A stretch of DNA of 64,000 bases from Seison nebaliae (Eukaryota): NCBI GenBank assembly GCA_023231475.1, contig JALJEE010003038.1:62001-126000 (forward strand), read 5' to 3'. Shown here piece after piece: positions 40,615 to 53,564 of this stretch; within the stretch, counting starts at the first letter, position 1, and each line of letters begins with the position of its first letter. The notes beneath the pieces are model-generated. The model had not been told where the DNA came from. It did no database searches and was given only the letters and a program-made list of their open reading frames with translations. The translations under genes were made by a program, and so were the position numbers.

Positions 40615-42301
40615 TTACATGTGATATGACTCATACCACAAGTCTCCACTTTTTTTCAGAGATCTGAAAATTTAAATAATTAATGAAATGAAAGTAAAAT
40701 GTGATGAAAGAGATCACTCACCTGTAAATGTCTCCTACTCCATCTAATAAATTTCTTTTGCATACATATTTAATATCATGCTTTCTGCACAATTCTCTCA
40801 CTTCATGTTCGATTTTCGGATAATTATGACGAGGCATCAATGGAAATAGATGATGTTCGATTTGATAATTCAAATGACCGGAGAACCAGTTGTTGAAATA
40901 ATTCCCTTTGATATTACACGTGGAGACCATTTGTTGAGACATCCAATCCAATTTGGCATCATTCTTCTCCACTTCCATCGGAATGTGAGACATCTGCGTC
41001 ATGAAGACGAACCAAGAAGATTCGATTATTCTCATCGTGAAATAAAGCAATAAGGCTTTTCCCAATCCCAATTGGGGAATGAATGTGATTCCAAATCTCA
41101 AGAAGTAAAGTAGGAAAAGTGTCAGATCCTGTTAATATTAATTAATGACCGATTAATGTTATAAAGGAAGATTAACATAATATAATTTGCCACGAATGCA
41201 GAAGAAGAGTACTTCGTACACAAAGTAAAATGGTAACAACAATGGTGGTAGAACTGAATGAATTAGAGATATGAATGAAGGGAACATCTACTATATTAAA
41301 TTTCTAACAGAAAAAGAAATAGTCTTGTTGGAAATTGAAAGGTAAATAGCCGCGTCGTTTCGCTTTACCCCATTCCACTGGAATTTTCGAGCCCAAAACT
41401 AAAATATTTGGGAATTGAACATCCGGATCACGTTTCACTATATTGGGCTTAGCGTGATGAATGTTATGACGATAATTCCACCATCGTGTACTGAAACCCT
41501 GAAAGAGAATGGAATGAAGTTAAATGAAGTAGAAGTAGAAATAAATAAAGAAAGAAAATACTTTCATTAATCCGATAATAAGATTCTGTGCTAGACGGTC
41601 AAATTTATAATTATGGAATAATGCCATATGTCCGTAATCGTGTTGTGTCCATCCAGCTTGTGTTTGCATCGTACCCAAAAGGATTCCACTCACCAATACG
41701 GCTAGATAGCTGGTGGAGATGTTGTAGATGATGTAAGTGGCGATGACTTCTAATAAAACTAATTGGAGGAAATGTCCCAAAAAGAAGGATCGTTGTGATT
41801 TGAACATTCCTCTCTTCTCTAAATCGTCACGAAATTCTCTAAAATCTTTCTCTAATGCTAATGAAGAATGTTGAAATGTATTTAAAATATGATTAATATA
41901 ATCTAACCGACATTTCTATTTTCGTCGATCGCTTGTCCATCTGAGAAATTTCCAACGTGAAAATGATTCAATTTGGTGTATGCTCCCGAATCTTTCGGAT
42001 GAAATGCAATGAAAGCATCCTATTCACATTTATTTCAATATTTAACATTCTCGATTATAAATTTCCTAACAGTTGCATCTGAACCGACATAATGCTTCAA
42101 AATCTTCACTCCTCCTGGATGTCTATTTTTCCATCCACTATAGTCATAGACCTTCTGGTCAACAACAAACAATTCTTTACCATTCTCAATGGCTTCCTTC
42201 AACGTTTCGGCTGTATAAACTTTCTTCTTTTTTAATCCAGGATCTCCATCATTCAGCGGCTCAACCGTTCTTCTTGATACATTGTTCACCGTTCGACACA
42301 T
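40615..42301 (-). CDS. Front-end (delta-5/delta-6 type) fatty acyl desaturase with cytochrome b5 domain, multi-exon
   Basis: HPGG heme motif and His boxes HDYGH, HNIHH and QIEHH; last exon RSLKKSGDLWYESYHM* with stop at 40615-40617. Confidence 0.95.
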
Positions 42302-42988
42302 TCGGTAGTGATGTCCGAAAAAGACTAACTAATATCTGAGGAAAGACATTCGAAAAAGAAAAAAAAGTGAGAGAATGAGAATAAAGAAACAATTAAGAAG
42401 GGAAAGAAAATGAGAGGAAATATTTTTATCGATCAATCAAGAAAAGTAGCAAAGAAGGAATGGGAAAATGGCGAGACTAATAAAAAAAGTAATTTGAATT
42501 AATAATGAATTTTCTCCGCCTGATTTATAACAGAAGATATGAAATCTTATTGATAACATTTATATTTACATTTTATTCGCCTCGCCCTTCAATTTCATTA
42601 ACAACAACGGTCGTCTTTGGCCATTCTTTTTAAAAGTGGATAGGTCATCACTAATATCATTTTGACGTAAAATATCAACTTTTTCTATTTATTCTACTCA
42701 AAATCTCCCATTAATATATATATATGGATATCATATAGCTACGAATATTTTAAGTAAAAAGTTACACCTCTCTCACACATTATGACACAAGCAGTTTATT
42801 TATGAGTACGAATGTCGAAACGTGTTGAAGAAACGAATGACAGAATGAATTTCTTTCAAATGAATGAAAATTACTTTTTTATGAGACTCTTATGAACTGG
42901 ATTTCTTTCTCATTTCTCCATACTTACTTATTAATTGGTAGAAAAAAGAAAATTTCATTTTCTTAATGATCTTTTTATTAGAAATTCA

Positions 42989-44300
42989 TTATTGATAAGA
43001 ATTAATTAAATTCATCATTTTGGCACCTGCGTTCTCGTTCACATCGTCCAGAAGTGACTCGTCTAATGATGCAGATCCCAAAGATAATTTATCTTTGCGT
43101 GTCACATATTCTTTGTATTTGTTATATTTCTGTCGGATTTTTTTTGTGCCCATGAATGTTCGATGTCCACCATATCTTCCATTTGAATCACATTAGAAAA
43201 GAAGAAATAAACAAATTTTAACTGAGCAATATATCCAATTTTACTTTGAAGTATTATGATGATCGCTCCGATGAATACTACTAGCACTACCGCGACGACT
43301 ATAACAATAATTGTATATTTTCTTTGTGGTGGTGACTCTTCTCTCAGTTTGATCTCTCTCTTCCAATTCTTTCCCAGTATCTTCACTTCGACAAAGAAAG
43401 TTTAGTTTATTTGAAAAAAAAGATAAACGACCGCGAAAGTTTCTTAATTGTAAACGATTTTCACTTATGATGAATTCATTTTTAAATTCTTTGAGATTTC
43501 GATATTCTCGATAAGTCAGCTGTAATATAATATTTTAACGATGCCATTCATAATCTACTTAACTTCCTTAATTAATTCTAAATACATTTTACAATAATAA
43601 TGATCGCCTTTTACATCGACCTTGAAAGCGCCTTGTTTCTTCACCTTCCATCTTCCGTGGTAAGTTGTATCAATAGTTTTCTGCAATTCCAAATGAAACA
43701 TTGTAAATTACAAGAAAAAACTCTCATTCTCCATTCAAATGCACAATATGTCTCTGGACGCCATCGCTCCTTGTACGGTTGATAAACATCAATGAAATCA
43801 TAATCAAATTTCACAGCTATTCTGTATAATTTTCTTCTTCTAAACATAACAATTTATTCCACATGAAAATTCTCAGGAATAAAGAAACTCGAAAGAAGGT
43901 CTAAATGTGAAAGGCCAGAAACATCTTTTGTGTCGCATCTTAAATTTCCGTTTTACAGTTTTGTCACTCTTTCGAATATTTTTCAAGATTAATTGGAAAT
44001 CTCAATAAAAAAAAAACGAACATTTATTGATTCGGAAATCTGTTTGATTGTCAATAAATGTAGAATGATCGAATATTTTTTATCGATCTTTCCCAATTTC
44101 AATGCTTGATAAATTGGAATCTTTCTTTTTATTGAAGGTATCAGAAACCTAAAATTATTGACAACTATTAAATTTTATCGATTATTTGCGTCGTAAATTA
44201 AAACTTGTTGGATGATTTTGCGATGGAATTCTGATGAAAGTCATTTTCGGATGATATATATCAATTTCATATGTTATTCGTAAATAGATTAAAATAAAAA
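42989..44300 (-). CDS. Single-pass membrane protein of unknown function, multi-exon (5' boundary uncertain)
   Basis: Splice-compatible frames join a Cys/Trp-containing segment (43641-43847), a strong TM (YTIIVIVVAVVLVVFIGAIIIIL) and a cytoplasmic tail ending ...MMNLINSYQ* at 42989. Confidence 0.5.
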
Positions 44301-44871
44301 ATTCAAATAAAATGAAATAAATTAGAATGAAATCTCAAAAACGAATATCCCTTGTGAACGTTCTTATCTTTATACTTATTAGATTAATTAATTTTTGCAA
44401 TTTATCTCTTCTTCAAAATTGCGAGTCAGTAATACACAAATAAAGTTTCTAATGAATAAAGTTCGTTATATTCATAATCATAAAAAGGTTAAACCATTTT
44501 TTTGTTAAAGAATGGAAAATAGTCGAATTATTTCATACTTCATATGAAAAGTCACTGAGGAAGAGAGAGAAAAGTGAGATATGAATTGGAACATTATGAA
44601 ATAATTCATTCTATCAGATTTCAGCATGAACAGTAAAAGTTCTTAATTATCAATTCATTATCCGAATAATACATAATAGTATGACAATTATTTAGAATGA
44701 TGAATTTATTTGAAGAAAAGAGATTCATTGGAAAAGGGGAAAAAGAGAGTAATAAATAAATTATAAAAGTTCATATATTTTATTCTTTGCGGTTCTGTTA
44801 GAAGTAAAATAGGAGAATAGGAATAATATTTAAAATTGTTAAGTGGGCTCAAATATGGAAAACTGGTGAGA

Positions 44872-47807
44872 TCATTTGTCGATGACTGACGTATTGGCGG
44901 AACAACTCCACATGTTGTCGAACTTAACTTCGAAACGGTCACTGGTTTCCTCTTCTTTCCACTCTTTGGCATTGAAATAGATATATCGGCCAACTTCAGA
45001 TTCATTACTTATTCGAATGGGTGCACTTGATCGTTTCATCCATGAATATGCAACTTTATGGAAGTCCCACATACGTTTCTTGAGAGCAGTAGCAGCTAAT
45101 CGTTGAGCTAATGTACCTTCCATAAAGAAGTAAATGAAAAATAAAGTGTCTTCTGGTAGTTTGGTATAATATTCGATGGTCATGGTGGTTGGTAAGCAAT
45201 CAGTCGGATAATATTCGGGTGTTGGTACATACATTCGTGGAATTTTTTGTTGAGACGAACTGAAATGGTACGGAAAATTTAGAATAAAAGTGAAAGTGAG
45301 ATGAACCTATCAACGTCCATCTCGATTGGATGTGGAAGGAAACTGGTGGCACCTTCAAGTGCATCTAATGCCAATAAATGTTCTTCATTGTATTGGAGAC
45401 CACCTGTGGGTTGAAGTAGTTCAATCCTCTTCTCCTCATGAATCAATGGCGTATGAATTTTGTCTTGTTGATCGTGTACGATATTGGTTGATGGCGGTTC
45501 CACCGAATGATATTTCGCTTCGAAATAATCCATTGTCTTTCTGAGTGCAGCCTTTGCGAATTCCGTTCCAAATCTCTCTAAAAATTTCATGGCGTCTTTA
45601 AACAGATGAGACGCTTCACCAACATTTTTATACGTGTCTAATAAACGTACGATAATCTGGAGAAATGGTGTAATCATTCGGGTGGGAGATGGAGCGGCAC
45701 TTCTCATGGAATTCCTAAACTCTTCAATCATGAATGTTTTCTCTTTATCTTTCTCTTTGATCGAATGAATACGAGCTGATTCGATCAAAATATCTGTCAT
45801 TACGAAAGTAATTAATGGATATGAGGATAATTGAGATATGTTGATTGTGGAGAGAGTGAGAGGCGGCCCACCAGACATATACAATTGAGGATATTCACTC
45901 TCCATATGATTGTCGAGAGAGAATTGTTGATCTAAATTCGTCATTGACGGTTTCGTCGTTCCAGTTGATGATATGGGAATATGATTGAATGAATGTGATA
46001 ATGGACGATGATGACGATCAGAAGAGAGGGGTGACGAATGATTATATATCTGATCACCGTCATCCATTGTGATGGTGGTAGTTGTTGATGTTGTTGGTGG
46101 TGAATGAATCGAACGATTCGTTGGACTATTTAAAAATTTTGGTAAATCCTGTGAGATCGAATTGGATGGCACTTGACTATATTTCGTAGTTGGAGTTGTG
46201 AGGAAAGTGGAAGAAGCATTCGTCATAGTCAATGTCGATGGTGACGAACAACGGTTTCCACTCGACTGACTATTCAAATGTAACATATCGACATAAGACA
46301 AATTTTGAGGTGTCGATACATCAGATATCGAAGGAAGTTTTCTCTTCATATCAGAATAAAATGTTGATGATCCCGATTTGAAGTCACAATCTTTCGATAA
46401 AAATGTTTTATCTTCATTCTCCTCCTCCGGATGACTGGCAGTGTCATGTGTACGACTCGTCATACCGGAAGAGGACGACGTTACATTATTCGCTGAAGAT
46501 TTCTTCAATAACGTCGATGTGGAAGATGTCATTTTTTCAATATCATTCTTCATTGACGATGATGGGAGGATAATGGATGAAGCTGTAGACGATATAATCT
46601 TCTTATTATTTCGTTGTTTATTCGACGTCCAATAACTGTTTGTTGACGATTCAACACCCGCCACATCTCCATTGTTGTTGTTGTTCATGTTAAGGGAAGC
46701 TGAATTGAGGATTTTTGCTGTCGTCGTCGAAGATGATGATAATGATATTGTAGTTGCAATTGTCGTAATTGAGAGAAGGGTTGTTGTAACAGTTACCGTA
46801 TTACCTGTCGTAATTGTGGTAGTTGTCGAGGTGGTTGGTATAATATTCGAATAATCATTCTTCGTTGTCCGATGTTTCTCATGTTGTTTCTTTGTTCCTT
46901 TCTTCCGATTATCATGTTGTTCAGTCATCAAATTCAAATGAGTCTGTTGCGAATGATGATGATGATTATTATTATTATTGTTGTTGTTGTTATTACTATT
47001 ATGATTTATAATATTTTCGTCTTTCATTGATAGATCACATAAGGACGATTTGGATGAACAAGGAGAGGAAGTGGAAGAATTGGTTGTTATCATTCCAAAC
47101 GATGGCGCTTCTTCCAAATTCAACGAAGTAAATAAATATTGGTTGTCATCATAATTTAAATTTTTGAAAGCATCAGACACATACGAATCAACTTCACTTC
47201 GTATCGATTTCACTTCTTCAATATCGATTGCATCATTATCAATTAGTCGAAGAATCTTCTCTAATGAATCGATATGATTATGATGAATGGTCATCCGATT
47301 CTTAATTTTCGGCAATTTATCTTTATCTTTATCACCTCGTCCTCTTCTCCTTTTCGACACTTCATATTCTGCTTCCAATTTCTCATGTTGAACTTTCAAT
47401 TCTTTTATAGTCTGATGGAGCCATTCATCAATCTGCATTTTCTCGTTATTGATTCGATCACTCTTCTCACCTAAACCTTTATCCAACGCCTCTTTACTAT
47501 ATGGCTTCCTTTTGAGTTGTTTCTCCTCAGCTCGAAATTGTTCCATTTTCAGTTCGATATCTCTCTTCACATCATTCAAATTTTTTTTCGATCTCAAATC
47601 ATTCATCTGAATCCAAGACTTGATTTGTTCTCTCATTCGTTGAAGTTTTTTGATTTCCTTCTTTAATTCCGTCTCATATTTATCCTTCTGGGAGGCGTTC
47701 ATTGTCGAATGAATCTTCTTCCAAATCTCATCGAATTGATCGATTCCTTCATAAATCTTCTTTATTGTCCGATCTACATCTGCCAATAATTTACGTCTCT
47801 CACTCAT
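44872..47807 (-). CDS. CNOT3: CCR4-NOT complex subunit 3
   Basis: N-terminal Not3 domain (ERRKLLADVDRTIKKIYEG...ELKKEIKKLQRMREQIKSW...MEQFR), low-complexity middle, C-terminal NOT-box (PTPEYYP...DTLFFIYFFMEGTLAQRLAATALKKRMW); one short intron near 45260-45310. Confidence 0.93.
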
Positions 47808-48491
47808 TCTTCATTCACTTTCACTTACTATCTGTCAAATGAAGAATTCTATCAAAACTTTTCAAGATTGACTTACCACCTTCTGAATTCGGAGGGAAAT
47901 AAAAAAGTTTACTGATATTTTAAAATTTTATCTGTTTTTTTTTTTAAATATCTTCATCTGCTTTATACAGTTCAATTTATATTTATTTAACGATCTGCCA
48001 TGTCAATTGGTTATTTTCATGTTTATATTTTCATGTTTACCAATATTCACCATTCCTTCCACCTTCTCCATTACTAATTCGATTTTCTCCTACTAAATCT
48101 TCTTCAAATGTTTAGCCCGACTTTTCCGTGCTAGATTTCTATTCGTTTCAAATCAACTGCTCTCTCCTATTTCATCCACATTCCATCTCAAGACTATCTA
48201 ATCTTTCTTTTATATAACTCTTTATCCAGAACTTGATTATTATATTCTCATATATTTATATGCAGAAATTATTATGATTATTATACGGTTCATTTTAGTA
48301 GTTTAACTAATAGATTTTAAGTAAAGGTTTAATAATTAATAAGTTTTAAGGAAAATAGGAATTGTTCATTATTTACCAAATTTTAATAAGAACGTGAAAT
48401 TATCCTAATTCAAATTGAGGTGTTTTTAATTCAGTTAAGTTCAATTTTAATATTCTATTTAATCGGTGATTTAGTTAATGTTTTGACGGTC

Positions 48492-49161
48492 ATGATGCAA
48501 CCTCCTACTTATCCTCCTACTTATCGTCCTATCAAAGTTGTTACAACAACTTCTACAACGACTACGACTCCTATTCCTCCCGAGACTATTCCTAACTCCT
48601 TAACATATATCACTTACTTTCCATTTGCCAGTGGATTCGACAATCATTATGTGACAGATTATACTCGATTCCAAACGACATCAAACAGAGAATATCCCTT
48701 TTATGTATTTGTGTTATGCGGATTATGGTTAGGAAGTTTTAGAAATAAACATAAATTGAACTGACCTTGACATTAATTGAAGTGGATTCATTGTATTGAT
48801 TAATATTATTGTATACCTAGTTCTGAGAGGAATGGTCAAGAGTTTTCATGCAACATATGGTGACATTCCAGAAGTGGAGGGTGAAGGTGAAATACTTATG
48901 ACGATTGAAGACGCTAGAATGATACATTCGAGAGCGAAATATCGACCAGAAGTCATGCAGAAGACCGAAATTAAGGTCGTTCCACCTCCGAAGGATAAAA
49001 AAGAGAAAAAACAAACTTTAGTAGACAAAATTAAGGAAGTAACTGTTGACAAAGAAGAATCGAAGGATCCGAAGGAAAAAGTTAAAGATAAGAAGAGAAG
49101 AAAAAAACCACAGAAAAAAACTAATAAAGTTACAGATATTTTAAATAAATTTATAACTTAA
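48492..49161 (+). CDS. Small single-pass membrane protein (Pro/Thr-rich N-terminus, Lys-rich tail)
   Basis: Two exons joined by a GTTAGG..GAAG intron rebuild a continuous TM (FYVFVLCGLCGFIVLINIIVYLVL). Confidence 0.6.
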
Positions 49162-50052
49162 CAACCTGATTGACTATTTGAGAATTTATTAATAAATTTA
49201 TATAATAAAATAAGTTATTAGAATTCAAATATTTTAGACCAGCAACTCTTTTTTTCAATTTCATTACATTTATTCGGATTTAAATAATGAATAACATTTG
49301 TTTCAGTTATTATTGAAATTCTTCGATTTGAATTTCTACGTTTTAACAACGATTAAATGTCTAATTAATATTTACTACCTTATTATTTAAGTATTACATA
49401 TTAATTAGACAAATGGAAATTTAGGGGAAAGAGTTTGGGTACATTTCATAATACCATTACTTTGAAGACAAATCATGATTAGTTCTATTAAACTTCATGA
49501 CTAGTTTTTCAATTTCACAATTCAAAAGAGGAACCAAATTCTATAATAAATAATATGTAAGAAATGAGAAAAAATTTATTTCCGACTAATAGTTGGAAGG
49601 GAAATGTTCAAGTGTCCTTCATCTTAACTCAAAAATGTCTCATTGCCTAAAAGGAAAAACCGATTAATTGCTGGAACAAATATGAAATTAGCCAAAACAG
49701 AATTATAATTAAGTGAAATATCCATAATAAAGTTACACAAAAACTTAGGAATTTAGATAGAGTAAGTTGACAGTTAAAATCGACGACAAAGCAAATTGAT
49801 AAGGAGGTGGGTGTCGTTAAAAGACAATATCTTATTAAAATAATATCTTCCCTATAACGTAACAGGTCACTTCAACGCAGAAGTAAATAATGAGGAACGA
49901 TAATTCTGGAGAATGTAAATATTAATTGATTGTTGTTAGCTATGACTAGTGTTGTCATGGTGACAATTTAATCAAACTTCTGTATTCAATGTCGGAAAAT
50001 TTCTTTTCATGAACCAATTTCTCTTTATGCAAAAAATTTTTGTGACCTGATA

Positions 50053-51423
50053 ATGGATGTGGATTTTGGAGAAAGTTATACTTTATCCTTCACCGGATTT
50101 ATTCGCTTCTTTCTCACAATAACATTTTATTTATTTGCCATTGTCATCAATGGAGGAATGGTATCAGCATTATCAGGTAAAACGAATAAGATTAATATGC
50201 GATTGAAAAGAAAACGAATATTTTGCGACGTACTGATGAATGTCATTATCAGCGATATTTTTATTGGTCTTAATGGCATTTTAATACCAAATATGATTGA
50301 GGCTGTCTATGAATATCCGATGAGACAATGGAAGAATGGTCACCCGATTTTAGAGAAGAAATATTCTGGTATTGTTTGTCAATTACAAACGATGTCATTC
50401 CTTATGGTTCTAATAATGAATGTTTATGGTCTGTTCATATGTATCATTGAGAATTATATTTATCGAATGAGACCATCATTATTTTATTATGAACAATCAA
50501 TTGATAAGAATGACATAGATCGAACGATAAATAATCATAAAGTTCTCATCAGTAACGAGAGAATAGTAGCTCAGAAGAAATATGTGAACAAAAGGAAAAA
50601 AGCGAAGAAATTAAGACGATGGATAGTTCTTCTTATTTTGTGGATGTGTTCACTCTTCACATCCATAATCATCTCGTTCGTATGGTCAAGTAAATCAAGA
50701 TTCTATCGAGTTGAGAAACAATGTGATTTCTTATATAATGATTGTAATAAGAATTGGTATCAATCATTTTATGAAACGAACACTACATGTTCAACAAATC
50801 AACATCAAGCTAATCAGAGTCTCTTATTTTATAACTTTTTATTCCACTATTTATTTCCATCAGTCATCTGTTTCATCTTCCTGTTAATGGTGAGGAAAAA
50901 AATCAAGAGACAACAACGAATTCAACCAATATATTCTGAAATTAATTTCAATCCTAGTTTTTCCCAAAATTCTTCACCTGCTAATGATTATTTGACGGAA
51001 GAACAAAGTGAAATGAGTAGTACGGTGACAATAAATGAGAGTGAGATTAGAGAGAATCAGAATAATCCGAAATTTAAAGCAACCATTTTCAATGATTCCA
51101 TAACAATTCAATTAATCATTTTATTCGTTTTCCAGACAGGTGGTTTATTACCACTTTGGATATGTCAATTTCTCAGATATTATAAGTTTGAAGATATCAC
51201 TGCTACCATCGAACTCACATCGCCCTCTGTCGATTTGAGACAATTGGAAGATAAGAGACATTATATTTGGATGGTCTTATATTTCTGTTCAGTCTGGTTA
51301 TCTTATATAACACTACTCATCTTCAAACCAATCATTCTTATTATATCGAGTAAACAAATCAGGAAATCTTTTCATCGTTCGTTCGAATGTCGAACATTCC
51401 GACGGAATTATCGTTTCAAATAA
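50053..51423 (+). CDS. Divergent class A (rhodopsin-like) 7TM GPCR, orphan
   Basis: Intronless 456-aa ORF with seven hydrophobic segments, TM1 Asn, TM2 SD, Cys at top of TM3, ENY at the DRY position, TM4 Trp, TM5 FP, TM6 LP, KPIIL at the NPxxY position and a helix-8-like tail. Confidence 0.8.
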   Translation: MDVDFGESYTLSFTGFIRFFLTITFYLFAIVINGGMVSALSGKTNKINMRLKRKRIFCDVLMNVIISDIFIGLNGILIPNMIEAVYEYPMRQWKNGHPILEKKYSGIVCQLQTMSFLMVLIMNVYGLFICIIENYIYRMRPSLFYYEQSIDKNDIDRTINNHKVLISNERIVAQKKYVNKRKKAKKLRRWIVLLILWMCSLFTSIIISFVWSSKSRFYRVEKQCDFLYNDCNKNWYQSFYETNTTCSTNQHQANQSLLFYNFLFHYLFPSVICFIFLLMVRKKIKRQQRIQPIYSEINFNPSFSQNSSPANDYLTEEQSEMSSTVTINESEIRENQNNPKFKATIFNDSITIQLIILFVFQTGGLLPLWICQFLRYYKFEDITATIELTSPSVDLRQLEDKRHYIWMVLYFCSVWLSYITLLIFKPIILIISSKQIRKSFHRSFECRTFRRNYRFK

Positions 51424-51472
51424 ATCTGTTCGTAATTTATTCACAGTAAGTTATATTGAAATGGAATGATTT

Positions 51473-52029
51473 TTATGATTTCACTTTTATCATCATCATC
51501 TTCTTTTTTTCCAACTTTTTCACTCTCTTACTCTTCCCAAATATCCTTCCAATCTCTTCTTCCTTTCGATGCGACAAACATTTACTTTTCAAAATCCTAT
51601 TTGTTCTTCAGAAAAAGAAATGTATAAAATTAAGTTAAAATAAAGTAATTTTACTCACCGAATTCTATGGCACTTCGTTTCATGTGATTCCAATTTACAT
51701 ATTTTCTCTTTTTTCTCATTATCCTTATTCGACGTTTGGAGACTGGAAAGAACATCCTCAAAATTATCCAGGTGAGTTGTCCATGGTAAACTGTTTGACT
51801 GTTCTTTATTCTTATCAGTGAACACTTTCTTCTGAGTTGGAGTAATTGCTGAAGAGATTCCATCTTTATTCGACCCTAGACCATCACCATCCTTCCATCC
51901 CATTTTACTCAATAAGCGAAGACCAATTCCGTCTAAGAATTTATAAACTTATAATGAAGTTAATAACAAAAAACCCTTCTTTTTCAAGTCCGTTCCATTC
52001 GGATTAGGACCATAGCACACTTTTCCCAT
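51473..52029 (-). CDS. PINX1: G-patch protein, PinX1-like, three exons
   Basis: G-patch GLRLLSKMGWKDGDGLGSNKDG, then WTTHLDNFEDVLSSLQ and KSKCLSHRKEEEIGRIFGK, matching the conserved PinX1 blocks. Confidence 0.8.
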
Positions 52030-52509
52030 GACAATCTTTTATATTTTTATTAATGTACATTCAGCCAAAATCTTATTTTTACATATTTTTTTTGTTTTCA
52101 TCGCCATCAATGAAATATCATTAGTGACGGTCAGCTTCGTTAATACTATTGTAACGAGTACGATTATTTTATTTGTGAATAAACGAAATTAACTCTTCAA
52201 TCAATCGAATGAATATAATCCCCAACTGCTCCTTTCTTTTATACTCGTCCCTCGTCAGTTTCTTTATAGGACCTCTCCTTTCTCACATAGGCTCTTCTCT
52301 TTATCTCTCTCGCTTTCTCTTTTCTCATTTTCTTCTTCAGCTGCTCTAAGCCACTCTCACTGTTACAGTATAAAAATAATTATACATCTTTTTATATAGC
52401 TACATCAACACATTAGGGTTAAAGTAGCCTAGGAATGTACCTTAAATATCCATTCAGAAGCCAATTTTGTTTTAAAGTTATCATACATTATTTTTAAGAT
52501 ATTATTCTC

Positions 52510-53421
52510 TCTTCGTAACATTGCACGAGCTTCGGACAGATTCGTCGATGCCGTGGACTTTGCTAATTTCTGAGGATCGCGTTAGAAATATCTGGAGTTG
52601 AAAAAAGACGGGACTACTCGAGTAATCGGCAATTTGGTAAGAAATATTTCTGTCGATCTCCATTTGTGAGCCCAAATGTGACGAAATCAAAAATATTCAT
52701 GTTCCTCGGAGGTTGCACAACTTTCTGATTTGCGATGAATTGTTACCACTCACTGTTACCACGTGTGACAGCTAAGCTTACAGAGACCATTTGAAATACA
52801 TTTGAGATTCAACCTAGATTCTTTTCAAAAACTGGTATCATTCTCGTTCTTCAGATATTTGGGGGTTTTGTCATCTTTACTATTATTACAATCAATTGAA
52901 TTGAGGTGAAATCAATGATTTCTATGGTCTCGCAGTCTCATTATCGTCAACTCATAAATCATTACGATCTCTCGATCGAACATACAACAGAACAATACGG
53001 ATATTACTCGGTTGTGGTAAACCGGTCAACAGATCCTTCATGTTCTCTATCTCGGAGCTGAAGCCTTTACCACTTCTTCTCGCAGTTAGGTACGTTAAAT
53101 TACTAGAATCTGCAACTTCTTCCGATTTTCCGATTCCATCTTTTAATCAATGTGAGATATTCTCTTCTCCTATCAACTTCTTTTCGCTTTATTATTATGT
53201 ACCTACTTCTATGGAGGACGCCCGCTCTATGATTATCGCTTTACTATCTAACATACTTACTTTATCTAACAACTTTATTATCGATTCCTTCATTCCTGAC
53301 TCTTTACGTACCCACGTGGATCAAGGCAAATCACTTATTTCCAATAATTCATCTGATGAGTTATCTCGTTTCCTTTTTAATTTACCCCGCGGAGATTTGT
53401 TGTATTAATTTTAAAAAAAAA
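52510..53421 (+). mobile_element. 5'-truncated, decayed non-LTR retrotransposon (RT domains 5-7, thumb, C-terminus, A-tail)
   Basis: Broken frames give RFVDA (degenerate YxDD position), PNVTKSKIFMF, FRYLGV, FYGL...LRSLDRTYNRTIRILLG...ELKPL, then ...FLFNLPRGDLLY* and an A run at about 53413-53421. Many stops and frameshifts. Confidence 0.72.
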
Positions 53422-53564
53422 TATCCTTAAGAAATAAAATAATGTTTAATTGAACAGGTAAAGAAAATAAGTTTATTTTAAAATGAGTAAATATTCGGAG
53501 TAGAATTATGAATAATTGGAAAATACTTTCGTAGTAAATATCTGTCAAACCAAAGAATGATATT

